From NCBI GenBank assembly GCA_963843795.1, contig CAWJLW010000004.1, forward strand, positions 62,001 through 100,350: a DNA stretch of 38,350 nt, read 5' to 3'. This document shows, piece by piece, positions 1 to 10,357 of the stretch. The stretch comes from an uncultured bacterium (GTDB taxonomy: Bacteria; Armatimonadota; Abditibacteriia; Abditibacteriales; Abditibacteriaceae). The notes under the pieces are model-generated. The model saw only the letters and a program-made list of their open reading frames with translations. It made no database searches and had not been told where the DNA came from. A program made the translations under genes and the position numbers. The number at the start of each line of letters is the position of its first letter. Within the stretch, counting starts at the first letter, position 1.

Positions 1-3000
1 CAGCAAAGATCGAACGCTTGAGCTTGTTCTGGGCTTTGAGATGCGAATGGCACGCCAGACCGATACTCGTTTTGCCGCTTCCGGTGCCGAGCGTGAACAT
101 CATGCGGCCCACAGCTTCGAGCTGTTTGATCGCGCGCTGACGCTTGATGTTATCGCCCGTGCTCATGTCGATATCACCCGCCGCCGCAGTGCCTTTGGTG
201 AGGTGGACATTGGGAATCAAACCTTTGACCATCGCTTCGGCAGCCGTTCCGAGGGTCACACGCTGGGTCGCCAGCTGTTGCCCCTGGGTTTGGGTCGCTT
301 CCTGCCCAAAGAGCGCGGCACCGCGATCCCGCTCGGCGCGCTGGTCGTCCAGTCGATCTTTGACGCCGCCTTCGGCGAACTTGCCGCCCGCGCGGTTCAT
401 GGCTTTGGCCTGCTCCGAGCGCGCCTGGGCTTCGACTTCGCGCCGTTTCTCAGGTGGTAGGGACGCCAAAAAATGTTTTTCGGCGTGCGCGACCGGCGTG
501 TGCACGGTTTTCCAATCGCGACCGGTCTGCTGCCGGAAGCCTTTGGCAAAGCGCGTGGCAAAGTCACCCTTCATGGTGTCGCAAATCGCCGCATAAGCGC
601 GCTTTTCGCCACCCATATCGCCCACATATTGCGCCCAGCGCCCGCTCGCGGTCGCCACGTTGCCCGCGTTGAAATCACCGCCAACGCCCGGTGTGCCAAA
701 CATCGTCGTATACGCCCGTGCGCGCAATTGCGCCTGAATGCGCGACCGCGCCTCGCGCGCGACAACGTTTTCGGGCCTGTCGTTTCCGGGCCTGCCGTCT
801 CCGGACCTATCGTCTCCGGGCCTATCGTCATTCGTTTCAAGTTCGGGCACCACATCCTGATATTGACCGCTGCGGGCATCCGTTACGCGCCGTTCGGGCG
901 TGTAACCGAGCGTTTGGGCATGGGCGCGCGCGGCTTCAATCACGGCACGGTCATCACTTAGATCCACGCTGGCAAAAGCGTGAGGCTCGGGCGCATCGCC
1001 GAACAAGCCGCCGCCGCTTTCCTCATCGCTTTGCTTCCACTGCGCTTGAATCGCGCGATAAGGGTCGCCCTCGGGCGCGCTGCGGGCCAAGTCGCGCCAC
1101 TGCTCCCACGCGCGGCGCTCATCGGGGGAAAGCGGCGAGATCGGCTCTTCACCGTTTTTGGGGTCGAGTCCAAAAACGTGCTCATAGGCGTAATCGCGCA
1201 CCGCACGCCGTCCGGCATGACCCAAATCGCCCACGCCGCCAAAGGCATGGCGAAGGCGCGGGTCCTGGATCGACACCTGGTGCAATAAGTCGCGCGTGGC
1301 ATCGGTCTGGGGCAGCGTTTGACGATGGACAGAAACCGCTTCGGAGGCGAGGCGACCGGCTTTGACTTCATTTTGCAACCAGCCCGCGTGATAGCCGCGC
1401 AAACGCTCATCCGTCAAACGCTTGTGATCGACCTGATCTTGTGTGGTGACACGGCGCGCTTGCCCGTCCAAACCGACCGGCGCTTTCATTGCGGGCACGA
1501 CGACATCGAGAGCTTGACGCCACGCATCATGCAAAGCGGGATCGACCTGGGTTTGGCGCAGCAGCTCCGAACGCAGCTCCGAGACCATCAGCGTCGGGTC
1601 TTGCCCGTGTTCAAAGCGCTGGGCCAGATTGTCGCGCATGATTTGTGCGATCTGCGGCACGCTGGCATGAGGAGGCAAATTGAACTGCAAGGCCAGCGGC
1701 GGCGGTGGTTTGATTTCGTCGCGCGATACGTCGATTTTCGGGCGACGACTAAAGCCCGCGGGCAGCCAGTTGGCTTCGTCGTGTTCACCAGCTTTAATCG
1801 CTGCGACACGCTGCAAACGTTCGAGATGCGCGGGATCCTCGTGCAGGGTTTGCGCGAGCTGATCCAAGCCCGAGGGATGCACAATCAGAATCTGGTTGTG
1901 GCCATCGGAATGCAGATGAAACTGCCCGGACTGAGACAGATTGCCGATGCTATCGAATGAATCCGGCTGTGTCAAACCACACGCCGCCGCGCGTTTGAGC
2001 GCGTCCGAAGTCGAGAGCGCGCCCAAAGCGATCTGCACATTGTCGTCGGAGCCGGCCGTTGGAGCCGTTGCCGTTGGAGTCGTTGCCGTTGGAAGCGCTG
2101 TTGGATTGTCCCAGCGCCCAGTTCATCGCCGCTGCGCCTTCCAAACGGCCCAGCGCCACACCCAACTGTTCACGTCCCTGGCGCAGCGCGTCCAAACGTT
2201 GCTGGTTTTGTTCGACAGCGGCCATACGAGACTCCATCGAGTCGAGAGGAATCTCTTCCATCTTTTCGGCTTTATCGAAATGTGCGCGCGCCTGTGTGGT
2301 CGCATCGTCGGCGATTTTGACCTGAGTTTCGACATGATGCTGTCCCAAAGCCTCGCGCAGACCATCGAGAGCCGCAGCATCGCCCGCCACTTGCGAAGCA
2401 ACTTGAGTTAAAGCGCGGTGCATCACGGCAGCCGTGCCCGCCGCGCCCAGAATATCGGCGACTAAGGGATCGGGCGCGCGCACGCCCAGACCGTTTTCGC
2501 ACGCGACTTGTCCCAGATGCGAAAAATACGCGTTGTGGCCACTCAATAGATGCGAGCGCAAGGGCGCGGCTTCGTCCTGGACATTGTACAGGTCGAGCAA
2601 ATCGCCCATCGCGCGTTGGCGGTTGCGTTCGCTGAGATCCTGGTGCACTTGTTCGCGCGCAGCTTCGGGCGAGAGTTCGGCACCGGTGCGCACGACGGCA
2701 GCGGTCGGCAGGGTGTCGAGTGACTTGGCGTCTTTGACGGCTTTGACAGCTTTGGCGTGTTCGCGCGTGGCAGAGATTTTGGCTTCGAGCTGCTTGGCCT
2801 GTGCCAGTACTTGGACGCGCTCGTGCGCGGTCATTTCTCCTGGTGTGGTATCGAGAGTTTTCAGGTTCTCCAGCGCGCCGCCACTTTCTCCGAGCTTTTC
2901 CTGGACGCGAGCGATGCGTTCGCGCGCGGCTTGTTGGGCCTGGGCGCGCTGTTGGGCTGCCCAGCGTTTGCTGCCCGCGCGGTCGCTGAGTTCGCTTTCG

Positions 3001-4157
3001 CGCTCGTGTTCGCTTTGGCGGTCAACGGCCTCGGCTTGAGCGGGCAAAGCGTCCAAATCCATCCCGCGCGCGCGCGCTTGTTCGGTCAAATTGGCGACAT
3101 AACCTTTGCCGCTATCGCCGAAGGTGTCGCGCACGATGTCACCGATAGCCAGATCGCCCAAGGCATCGTGGCATAGCGTTTCGTGATCGGCGAGTAGGGC
3201 ATCGCCATGATTGTTCAAGACTTCGCGCGCCCGTGCCAGGGCGTGCGCGTGGTGAGCGTCCTGCAAGCGCTCCACATCGCGCGCGACGGCGGCTTCGAGC
3301 TGATCATGTGCCGTTTCGCGCGCCTTTTCGCTGCCGTGTTGCAGCGCTTGCGACCAGTCGGCGTGATCGTCCAGATGTGAAGCGCGCAGATTTTCGCGCG
3401 CGCTTTTGAGATCATCCTCGCTCAGTTGAGTTTGCGCGCCGTCCCAACCCTGAGTTTTGGCGGCCAGGTCGATCATCGCGCGCTCATCAGTGCGACGGGC
3501 TTGGGTCGCGCGTTCGAGTTCGGCTTGCTGGGCTTGGGTTTTGGCGTCGAGATCGGCTTTGACGCGGTGGGTCGCTTCGGTCGTAATCGCCGCGTCCGAA
3601 ACTTCGCGCCCCGCCGCGCGATGTTCGGCGGCGACGGCGGCGCGATGGGTCTCGAGCTGTTGGGCGCGCTCGGAGGCTTCGGTTTCTTTTTGCTTTTGGA
3701 CTTTGGCTTTGGCCTTATCGCGCGCCAGATGTTTGTATTCGCCAGGGTCTTTCACGCCGGTCAAACGCAAACCATTGAGCTTGCCACCGGCGCCGCCTTT
3801 AATCGTGTGCGAACCGTCGCGATTCTCGTGGAGGAGAACCGCGTGCCCTTTGGTATCTTCGCCATGCGGATGCACGGTGATCCAGCGGTCGCCCGGAGAA
3901 AGCGGCGGATGATGCGACTTACGAATTTGGCTGCGGCCTTGACTGCGTTGCTGGATTCGTGCGTGCAGCCCATCGGCCAGACGCAGGCTTTTTTCCAGAC
4001 TGAATTCGTGCAAACGATGGTGGCGCCAGCAGTCGGGGCACAGGTGAACGCGGTCGGGCAGACCATCGCCATCGAGATCGACGGACAATGCGTGCGCGTG
4101 GTGCGCGTGATGGCCGCAAGTTTTGGCGGGCAGACTTTTGGAGAGAAAAAATTGCAT
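1..4157 (-). CDS. Giant phage protein with SF2 (SNF2/DarB-like) helicase domain; about 1385 aa in the window, one frameshift at ~2054, runs off the left edge
   Basis: The ORF 1950..4157 continues after a frameshift in the SNGN repeat at 2054. The new minus frame is stop-free down to base 2 and is missing from the ORF track because it has no stop. It ends ...IKRQRAIKQLEAVGRMMFTLGTGSGKTSIGLACHSHLKAQNKLKRSIFA, with a Q-motif and a Walker A (GTGSGKT, 68-88). Confidence 0.75.
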
Positions 4158-4231
4158 GGTGCAAGGACTTGTGGGGTGACTTGTGGGGTGACTTAGGGGG
4201 TGACTTGTACGCTACCGTCGCGGTCAACGTC

Positions 4232-4519
4232 CTAGTCGTAATTATCGAAGGCGGCAGGAGATGCGGACGCGATCATCGCGCGCATTTCAATCACCTCGCG
4301 CATTTCAGCGATGCGATCCGGCGCATGGTCCAGCCACTCTTGCCATTCGTTTTCGTCATCCATCCAGAAGGCAAAGAATAGGTTGCCGAGGAAAAGATTG
4401 AGTTCCAGGCGCCCGTTTTCCTTCGGATTCAAACTGAACGAATGGCGTCCTTTTTCCAAAGGAAACGCTTCGGTCACAGCGGCTAAAATAGCGCTCATCA
4501 TCAACATGGTGAGATTCAT
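4232..4519 (-). CDS. Hypothetical protein
   Basis: 95-aa ORF co-oriented with its neighbours and filling the gap between them. Confidence 0.55.
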   Translation of the reverse strand: MNLTMLMMSAILAAVTEAFPLEKGRHSFSLNPKENGRLELNLFLGNLFFAFWMDDENEWQEWLDHAPDRIAEMREVIEMRAMIASASPAAFDNYD

Positions 4520-4552
4520 CCTTCTGCAAGTACTTGCAGTGCTTAAAAGATC

Positions 4553-5215
4553 TTATTGCGGCAGCAATTGCAACAGCCGTGGCGCGCGTGGCGGAAACAC
4601 CATGCCCAGACCGCTTTGAGTGTCCTGGCCCGGGGAGTCAGCATCGCGCAGCGCCACCATCGACTTCTCGCCGTTGCGATCCGAAAAGGTCAGCGTGTCA
4701 AACGTCATCGACAGCGACTCGAACGGCTTTTGCCCGATCCGGTGCGCGCATGAACCTTTGGCCACATACGCCAGCGTGAGGTGAGGCGCGTAAGAAGAAA
4801 AGGTTTCGCGATAAGGCAAATCTTGTGAGAGCAGAGCGTGCGCGGCGTGGAGTTTGGCCCCGTGCACGCGCACGACCAGCACATCATAGTCGGGATGAGT
4901 GTGAAACAGGTGCAGCGCGCCCAGTCGCACCCGAATTGCCCCGAAATGGCCCATCACCCGCGCGACACTCGCACTGTCATCGACCAGCAGACCATATTTG
5001 ACCGTGATGTGCGGATCGGTTTCGATGCCGTTATCGCGCAAGTACTGGGCGGCCACATGATTGCGCGTCCAATCGAGCACGGTTTGCGCCGCTTGCGCGG
5101 GCAAGTCGAGCTGTGTGGAGCACGATTCGTATTGGTAAGCTGTGAGCGCTTTGGCAATGCCTGTCGATACAACCACTTTCAATTGTTTCATGGTCCCCGC
5201 CCCTTCCAGTTCCAT
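4553..5215 (-). CDS. 2H phosphoesterase (2'-5' RNA ligase / Acb1-like superfamily)
   Basis: Two HxT motifs about 75 aa apart: PHITVKYG and YAPHLTLAYV. Confidence 0.8.
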   Translation of the reverse strand: MELEGAGTMKQLKVVVSTGIAKALTAYQYESCSTQLDLPAQAAQTVLDWTRNHVAAQYLRDNGIETDPHITVKYGLLVDDSASVARVMGHFGAIRVRLGALHLFHTHPDYDVLVVRVHGAKLHAAHALLSQDLPYRETFSSYAPHLTLAYVAKGSCAHRIGQKPFESLSMTFDTLTFSDRNGEKSMVALRDADSPGQDTQSGLGMVFPPRAPRLLQLLPQ

Positions 5216-5399
5216 TTCAAAGCCTGCGAGCGCTTTGTGAGCTTGTCGCGCTTGGTGCGTCCCAAACCCTCAAACGCTTCGCGACCTGCTGCTGTCAGAC
5301 CCGAGGCCGCCAGACCCGAGCCTTCCAACACCAGACATTCCAACACCATACGTTCCAACGGTTCGGAAGTCGCTTTGCCGGTTGGTCGGTTGGTGGATT

Positions 5400-5879
5400 T
5401 CAAGAAGCCTCATCGGGCCAGGTTTCCCAATTGTCGTCAGCATCCGTAGCGCTGTCGTCGGAGGGCGCGCGGCTCCAATCGCGTTCATGATTCCAATCGC
5501 GTTCACGATTCCAGTCACATTCGTGCGTGCGCGGCTGGAATTTGTGGCTGAAGTCGATAATGTAGCTGGTCGGTTCGGTTTCGGCCAGCGGCTCCTCGAT
5601 GCCCATCGGATACGGGCCACAGTGAACGTAATTGCGCGGCGCCCGCCCAAAGAACGCCGCGAACCAGTCCTCCCGTTCCTGATGAGCGGCACGCCGCGCT
5701 TCGGCGCGCAGCGTGAAGTCCGCGACATGAGGATTGCAAGACATCTGAGGCTTGCGCGATACGCCTTTGGCTTCGGCTTTGGTCTGGAGCTTGGCTTTGG
5801 TCTGGGCCTTGGATTTGGTGAGAGTGGGACGTTTCTCCTTACCCATCGCGCTCACCATTGCCATGGGTGCCGCGCGCAC
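5400..5879 (-). CDS. Hypothetical protein
   Basis: 159-aa ORF in the operon direction, with short peptide repeats and an acidic C-terminus. Confidence 0.45.
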   Translation of the reverse strand: MRAAPMAMVSAMGKEKRPTLTKSKAQTKAKLQTKAEAKGVSRKPQMSCNPHVADFTLRAEARRAAHQEREDWFAAFFGRAPRNYVHCGPYPMGIEEPLAETEPTSYIIDFSHKFQPRTHECDWNRERDWNHERDWSRAPSDDSATDADDNWETWPDEAS

Positions 5880-7989
5880 TCACACGCACCATGCGCACCG
5901 ATTTTTCGGGTCTTTTTGGGCGATTATACAGCGCGCTATTGATCGACTTATTCAACATCAAACGCGCACCGCCATTCCCTTGCGGTTGCGAAGATGCCTG
6001 CTGGGCCTGACGTTGGGCGAGGCTCAGTTTGAAAGCGCGCTTATAGCGCTCCAATTGGTCGTCTTCGCTTTCCTCTTCGTTGGGGTCAGAGCCAGGACTT
6101 GGAGTATCCGAACCATCCTGCAAAAAATGATGCGGCTGCAAATCCGCATTCGGATCCGCGTTGGGATCCGCGCCGTTGGGATCAGTACCCGGAGGCAGTT
6201 GTCCTGGTGGCATCTGCCCTGGTGGCATCTGCCCTGGTGGCAACGGTTGACCATCGGGGCCGAGGGCGCCCTGACCATCGCCACCCATTGCGGCTTGTTG
6301 GGCCGCTTGCAGGGCTTGCTGATTGACACTTTGTTCGGCTTGCACGAGTTGCATCATCTGGTCACTGCCGACCGGCAAGTAAGGCGTGCCCGACCAGAAT
6401 TTCGGGACACCGCGTTTTTTGGCTTCGCGCTCGTAGACCTTGTGAATTTTGGCCAAGTGTTCCTCGGAGGTATCGAACTCGTCTTCGCTATAGCGTTGTT
6501 CGATTTCATCATACAAATCGGTTTCCAGCGGGATGCGCAGGCGCGGCTCATCGCTGTCATCGGCGATCTGGTTGGGCGTCCAACCGCGCGCCATGCGCTT
6601 GGAGTTGATCTCTTCTTTGGCCGTTTCGTTTTCGCTTTCGACATTGAGAAAACGAAACTCGAAGTCGCTATCGGTGCGCCAGATAATATCGTGGTTGCGG
6701 CGGGCCGCGTGCGCTTCGAGCAAAGGCTTCACGCCCTTGTCGTCCGAGTGGTCGAGCATCGAAGCCGGGTCGCTGTCGCTGAGCGTGTTCTGTTGGGTCG
6801 AGAAGCCCTCGAAGCCGATTTCTTGCGGGTTCATCTGAAACACGCCGCACAGAATATTGAGAAGCAAGTTCCAATACTGCAACACGAATTGCAGTTCGGC
6901 TGTGCTTTCGCCGCGAAACGGTGTCCATTCGGCTTTGCCGCTTTGACCGTTTGGCCCCATCGGGAACAGCATGGTGATGATGTTCCACCAGTCGGCGCCA
7001 CCGCCCGCGCGCAACAATTCCTGACGCACCGCAGACAGATAATTTTCACCGGCCACGCTTGGCATGCCCAGGAACTGCAACAGGCCATAGGGAATGTGCG
7101 CGGTCGAGTAAAAGTCGGACTGAAACTTCAATCCGTTGATCATCGAGAGCAAAATTTCCAGAGCGATCTCGATTTCGGCCAGACCGTAGCCACGACCCAG
7201 CCAGTCGGTGCGCGGGTTGCGCACCATCGCCGACATCGTATTCCAACCATACTCGCGAAACACTTCGCGGTCATTGACCGGCGAAAGTTCGACGAAGCTC
7301 ACGCGATCCAATCGCCAGTCGATGCGCGGCGAGCCGTAACGCGTCGGTTCGGTGCGCCGCACTTGGGCGGAATCGACCGGATTGAAGAACATCACCGGCC
7401 AGCGCTCAGGATTGGAGGCCGAAGGCTCACTGCGACAGCACGACCAGTCCATCGCCATGCTATCGCGGGTTTCGACAGCCAGACTTTGGCGCAGGCCGAA
7501 GGCTTTTTCTTCGCCCAGTCCGTCCCACACGCCCGGCTCCGAAGTTTCGGGATGGGTTTGCAGCTTGCCGTTGGGCAGGCGCAGCGGGCCGTTGCACAGA
7601 ATCAAATCTTGCAATTGTTCCTGGCGCTTGCGCGCGGCGCGCGTCATCGGAGCGCGCGTATCGCGCAGACCGACTTCAAAGCCGGTATCGCGTGGCCCGC
7701 GTGCGAGACGGGCAAAGCGCGTGACCTGGGAGCAGCGCGTGTTGATAATCGCGTGCACGATGGGATGGCGCGCCATGCGCTGCAAAAACGCGAAGGTTTT
7801 ATTGGTCGCTTCGGACGGTTCGCGAATGCCGTCATAAGCGCCCAGAGCCAAGAGCGTCCCATTGATACGATAGGGCGTTTTTTGCGGGCGAAGCTGGGTG
7901 CGCGCCAGGGCTTTTTCCAATCCGCCGTCGAGATTAAACGCGCTGCCGGTGAACTGCATGTTGCCAGCTGCTCCCGTCAGGTGCTCCAC
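5839..7989 (-). CDS. Phage portal protein
   Basis: Motifs AIINTRCSQV, RNPRTDWLGRGYGLAEIE, ILCGVFQMNPQEIGF and SDDKGVKPLL resemble SPO1/Twort-type and phage-plasmid portals. It has a Q/P/G-rich tail and lies downstream of the terminase. Confidence 0.85.
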   Translation of the reverse strand: MEHLTGAAGNMQFTGSAFNLDGGLEKALARTQLRPQKTPYRINGTLLALGAYDGIREPSEATNKTFAFLQRMARHPIVHAIINTRCSQVTRFARLARGPRDTGFEVGLRDTRAPMTRAARKRQEQLQDLILCNGPLRLPNGKLQTHPETSEPGVWDGLGEEKAFGLRQSLAVETRDSMAMDWSCCRSEPSASNPERWPVMFFNPVDSAQVRRTEPTRYGSPRIDWRLDRVSFVELSPVNDREVFREYGWNTMSAMVRNPRTDWLGRGYGLAEIEIALEILLSMINGLKFQSDFYSTAHIPYGLLQFLGMPSVAGENYLSAVRQELLRAGGGADWWNIITMLFPMGPNGQSGKAEWTPFRGESTAELQFVLQYWNLLLNILCGVFQMNPQEIGFEGFSTQQNTLSDSDPASMLDHSDDKGVKPLLEAHAARRNHDIIWRTDSDFEFRFLNVESENETAKEEINSKRMARGWTPNQIADDSDEPRLRIPLETDLYDEIEQRYSEDEFDTSEEHLAKIHKVYEREAKKRGVPKFWSGTPYLPVGSDQMMQLVQAEQSVNQQALQAAQQAAMGGDGQGALGPDGQPLPPGQMPPGQMPPGQLPPGTDPNGADPNADPNADLQPHHFLQDGSDTPSPGSDPNEEESEDDQLERYKRAFKLSLAQRQAQQASSQPQGNGGARLMLNKSINSALYNRPKRPEKSVRMVRVSARGTHGNGERDG

Positions 7990-8535
7990 CCATCGGGTTG
8001 CCCATCGGGTTGCCCACAGAATGACCCATCGCCGCTTGAGCGCCCATTGCGCCCATCATTTGGGGATTGAGCGAAGCGTTGAGTGGAGGGTTGGATGGCA
8101 GCGAAAGTCCGGGATTAACGGCAGTAGCGAAGTTGAAGTTGACGGGCGCACGCCGTTTCGGCTTGCATCGCCAGGTGCAGCAGCACTTGCGCGGCTTCGT
8201 GGTTGCCGCCGCGATCCGCTTCATAGGCGAGCTGTTCCAGCGAGAGCGCGCTGGCGACCACATTGTTCAAAGGTGCGGGCGCAGAGGTAGGCCCAGTGAC
8301 CGGCGCAGAGGGGGGAGAAGATTGAACGCTCATAAGGAATCAGGAAGCGGTGTGAGTGCGCGGGCGCGTTGTTCGGCTTCGTGTTCGTGCTCCCTGCGCT
8401 CGGCGCGCCGTTGGGCGACGACATGCGCGGGGAGTAAAAGCGCGGGGAGTAAAAGCGCTGGCGTTAAAAGCGAATGTTTTGGCCCGACGAGAATTTTCGG
8501 TTTCATAAGATTGGCAAGTACTTGCGGCAGCACTT

Positions 8536-8952
8536 TTAAGCAATCGTGCGTTCGCGCACCAGGGCAAATTCGATTTCGGCCAAAACCGGATCGGGAGCGG
8601 TTCCGGTCAAGGAGGTGATTTTGAGCCACACCGGTAGACCGCGCGTTTTGATTTCAAAGAGGTAATGGCCCGGGGCGTCGTAGCTTACGGCCTGGGCGTC
8701 ATCGGCGTAGAAGCGCTTTCGAATCGCATCGTAGAACATCGGCAGTACGGTAATCGTGCTCCCAGTTCCACCCAGGCGCAGCGCGAACAGCGTATAAGAC
8801 GCGCCCTTGGTATCAACCGGCATGCTGCCATCGGCGGCTTCGGGCACAGTGCCCAGCGGATTGTCGGCATCAGCCGCGCGAATCGCGGGATCGCTGGCAT
8901 CGACAGTAGACGTAAAACGATGCGACAAGAAAGACCCGAGGATAGCACCCAT
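8536..8952 (-). CDS. Hypothetical protein (beta-rich)
   Basis: 138-aa ORF with an upstream GGAG, in the operon direction. Confidence 0.6.
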   Translation of the reverse strand: MGAILGSFLSHRFTSTVDASDPAIRAADADNPLGTVPEAADGSMPVDTKGASYTLFALRLGGTGSTITVLPMFYDAIRKRFYADDAQAVSYDAPGHYLFEIKTRGLPVWLKITSLTGTAPDPVLAEIEFALVRERTIA

Positions 8953-8982
8953 AAAAACTCCAAAACCAAAAACGAAAGGACC

Positions 8983-9017
8983 AAAAAAAACGCCGCTGCA
9001 AGTACTTGCAGCGGCGT
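8983..9017 (-). terminator. Intrinsic terminator built on the CTGCAAGTACTTGCAG palindrome
   Basis: Perfect palindrome ACGCCGCTGCAAGTACTTGCAGCGGCGT (8990-9017) followed by a T-run on the minus strand, downstream of the endolysin. Confidence 0.7.
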
Positions 9018-9087
9018 AATGCCAAAACCAGAGAGGAAAAACAGACGACAGCGACGAAATACGACGGGATCAAACGGGTTGGACGGA

Positions 9088-9864
9088 TCAAACGGCTTTG
9101 GACGGTTCGGGCGGCTTGGGCGTCACGACCACACGATGACGAATGCCGTCGTATGCTTGATTGAGCTTAGCCGCTGTGGTCAGCGCGGTGATATGAATGA
9201 AGGCGCGCCCGTTACGGTTGAACTGGGGCACATCCGCGGGCAGCGGCTTTCCATCGAACAGCACGCGACGCTCTTCTTCGTCCCACGCCAACTCAAAGCC
9301 CAGGGCTTTGGCCCAGGTTTCGGCTTTGCAATACGATTTGCCTTCGATCAGCGGCATGATCGCGATTTGCTTGTCATTGAGAAACAGGCGCACAGTTTGT
9401 TCTTCGACTTCGAGCGGCGGCAGACGGCAGACGAGCACACCGCGCGTCCCGAATTGTTCGAGGGTGCGGTAGCCTTTGCCACCGCTCACACGCCCGACCG
9501 AAGTCGAAGAGTTTTCGGCCATCAAACCACCTTGCGAGTGACCGGGCACGCGATCCACATACGAGCCGATGTGACCGTAACCGCCCGAGCCGGTCATCTT
9601 GACCAGAAAATCACCGACTTGAAGATCATTGAGGGAAACCACCATTCCGGCATCGCGAAAGTTTTCGCCGGTTTCAATCGCCGAGCCACCAAATAAACTC
9701 TGATACTTGTTCTTATACGCCTTGCGCGTGCCGCAGCGGTTGAAGCGTGAGCACATGCCTTTCACTTTCACGCCGGGGTCGTTGGGATAGTTGGGATTGC
9801 CACGGTCGAGGTCATCATCGGTGATGGCCGCGATCTGGGCCTGAGCGAGCTTTGTGTTTGCCAT
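9088..9864 (-). CDS. Endolysin-like CHAP/NlpC-P60 peptidase with a C-terminal copper-amine-oxidase-N-like domain
   Basis: Catalytic Cys (GMCSRF), LQVGD and GYGHIG motifs. The C-terminal AKALGFELAWDEEERRV...NGRAFI resembles the Cu_amine_oxidN1 stalk domain. Confidence 0.75.
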   Translation of the reverse strand: MANTKLAQAQIAAITDDDLDRGNPNYPNDPGVKVKGMCSRFNRCGTRKAYKNKYQSLFGGSAIETGENFRDAGMVVSLNDLQVGDFLVKMTGSGGYGHIGSYVDRVPGHSQGGLMAENSSTSVGRVSGGKGYRTLEQFGTRGVLVCRLPPLEVEEQTVRLFLNDKQIAIMPLIEGKSYCKAETWAKALGFELAWDEEERRVLFDGKPLPADVPQFNRNGRAFIHITALTTAAKLNQAYDGIRHRVVVTPKPPEPSKAV

Positions 9865-9988
9865 TGTTACCTGCTTTCAATTTGAAGTGTTCGAAGTTTT
9901 TGAAGTTCTTGAAGTTCGGGACATTCGCCCTTGTGCCAGGGATTGACTGATAGTGTTGGCCTAAGGAGGCCGCACTAAAAAGGCTGCA

Positions 9989-10063
9989 CTGAGAAGGCTG
10001 GATTCGAACCAGCATAAATTCGACTTTTGCCGTCGAAGGCTTTACCAATTAAGCTACCTCCCA
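9989..10063 (-). tRNA. tRNA-like element with an abnormal anticodon loop (possible pseudo-tRNA, Cys-like GCA)
   Basis: Cloverleaf read by eye: acceptor TGGGAGG/CTTCTCA, D arm GCTT-AATTGGTA-AAGC, anticodon arm TTCGA-CGGCAAAAG-TCGAA, T arm GCTGG-TTCGAAT-CCAGC. It lacks U33 and has no encoded CCA. Confidence 0.6.
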
Positions 10064-10357
10064 AACTGAAATCTCAAACCCAACATCCGCGCAGGCACTC
10101 TCGGTGATCAGCCGGACGTGTTCTCACTCTCATCCAACGTCGGCGTCCCCGGCGAGGCGGTTCTTCTTTGGTGCGCGCATTCTCTGCACTGATGGTGAAT
10201 TCATGGGTGCGACGGGTCTCATCTCTGGGTCATCTCTTCGTAAAAGGGTTTGCAAACCCGACCTCTTTTGTTTACCACTTCTCGATTAAAAGTGCACCGC
10301 GGTTCACTTTTGTCTAGCTCGCCTGAACTTACCAACCGTGTATTTACCAACCGTTAT

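Noticed and set aside
5752..8070. 772-aa plus-strand ORF and similar long plus-strand ORFs at 41-1960, 3426-4196 and 8665-9696
   Set aside because: These are antisense shadows of the motif-bearing minus-strand genes.
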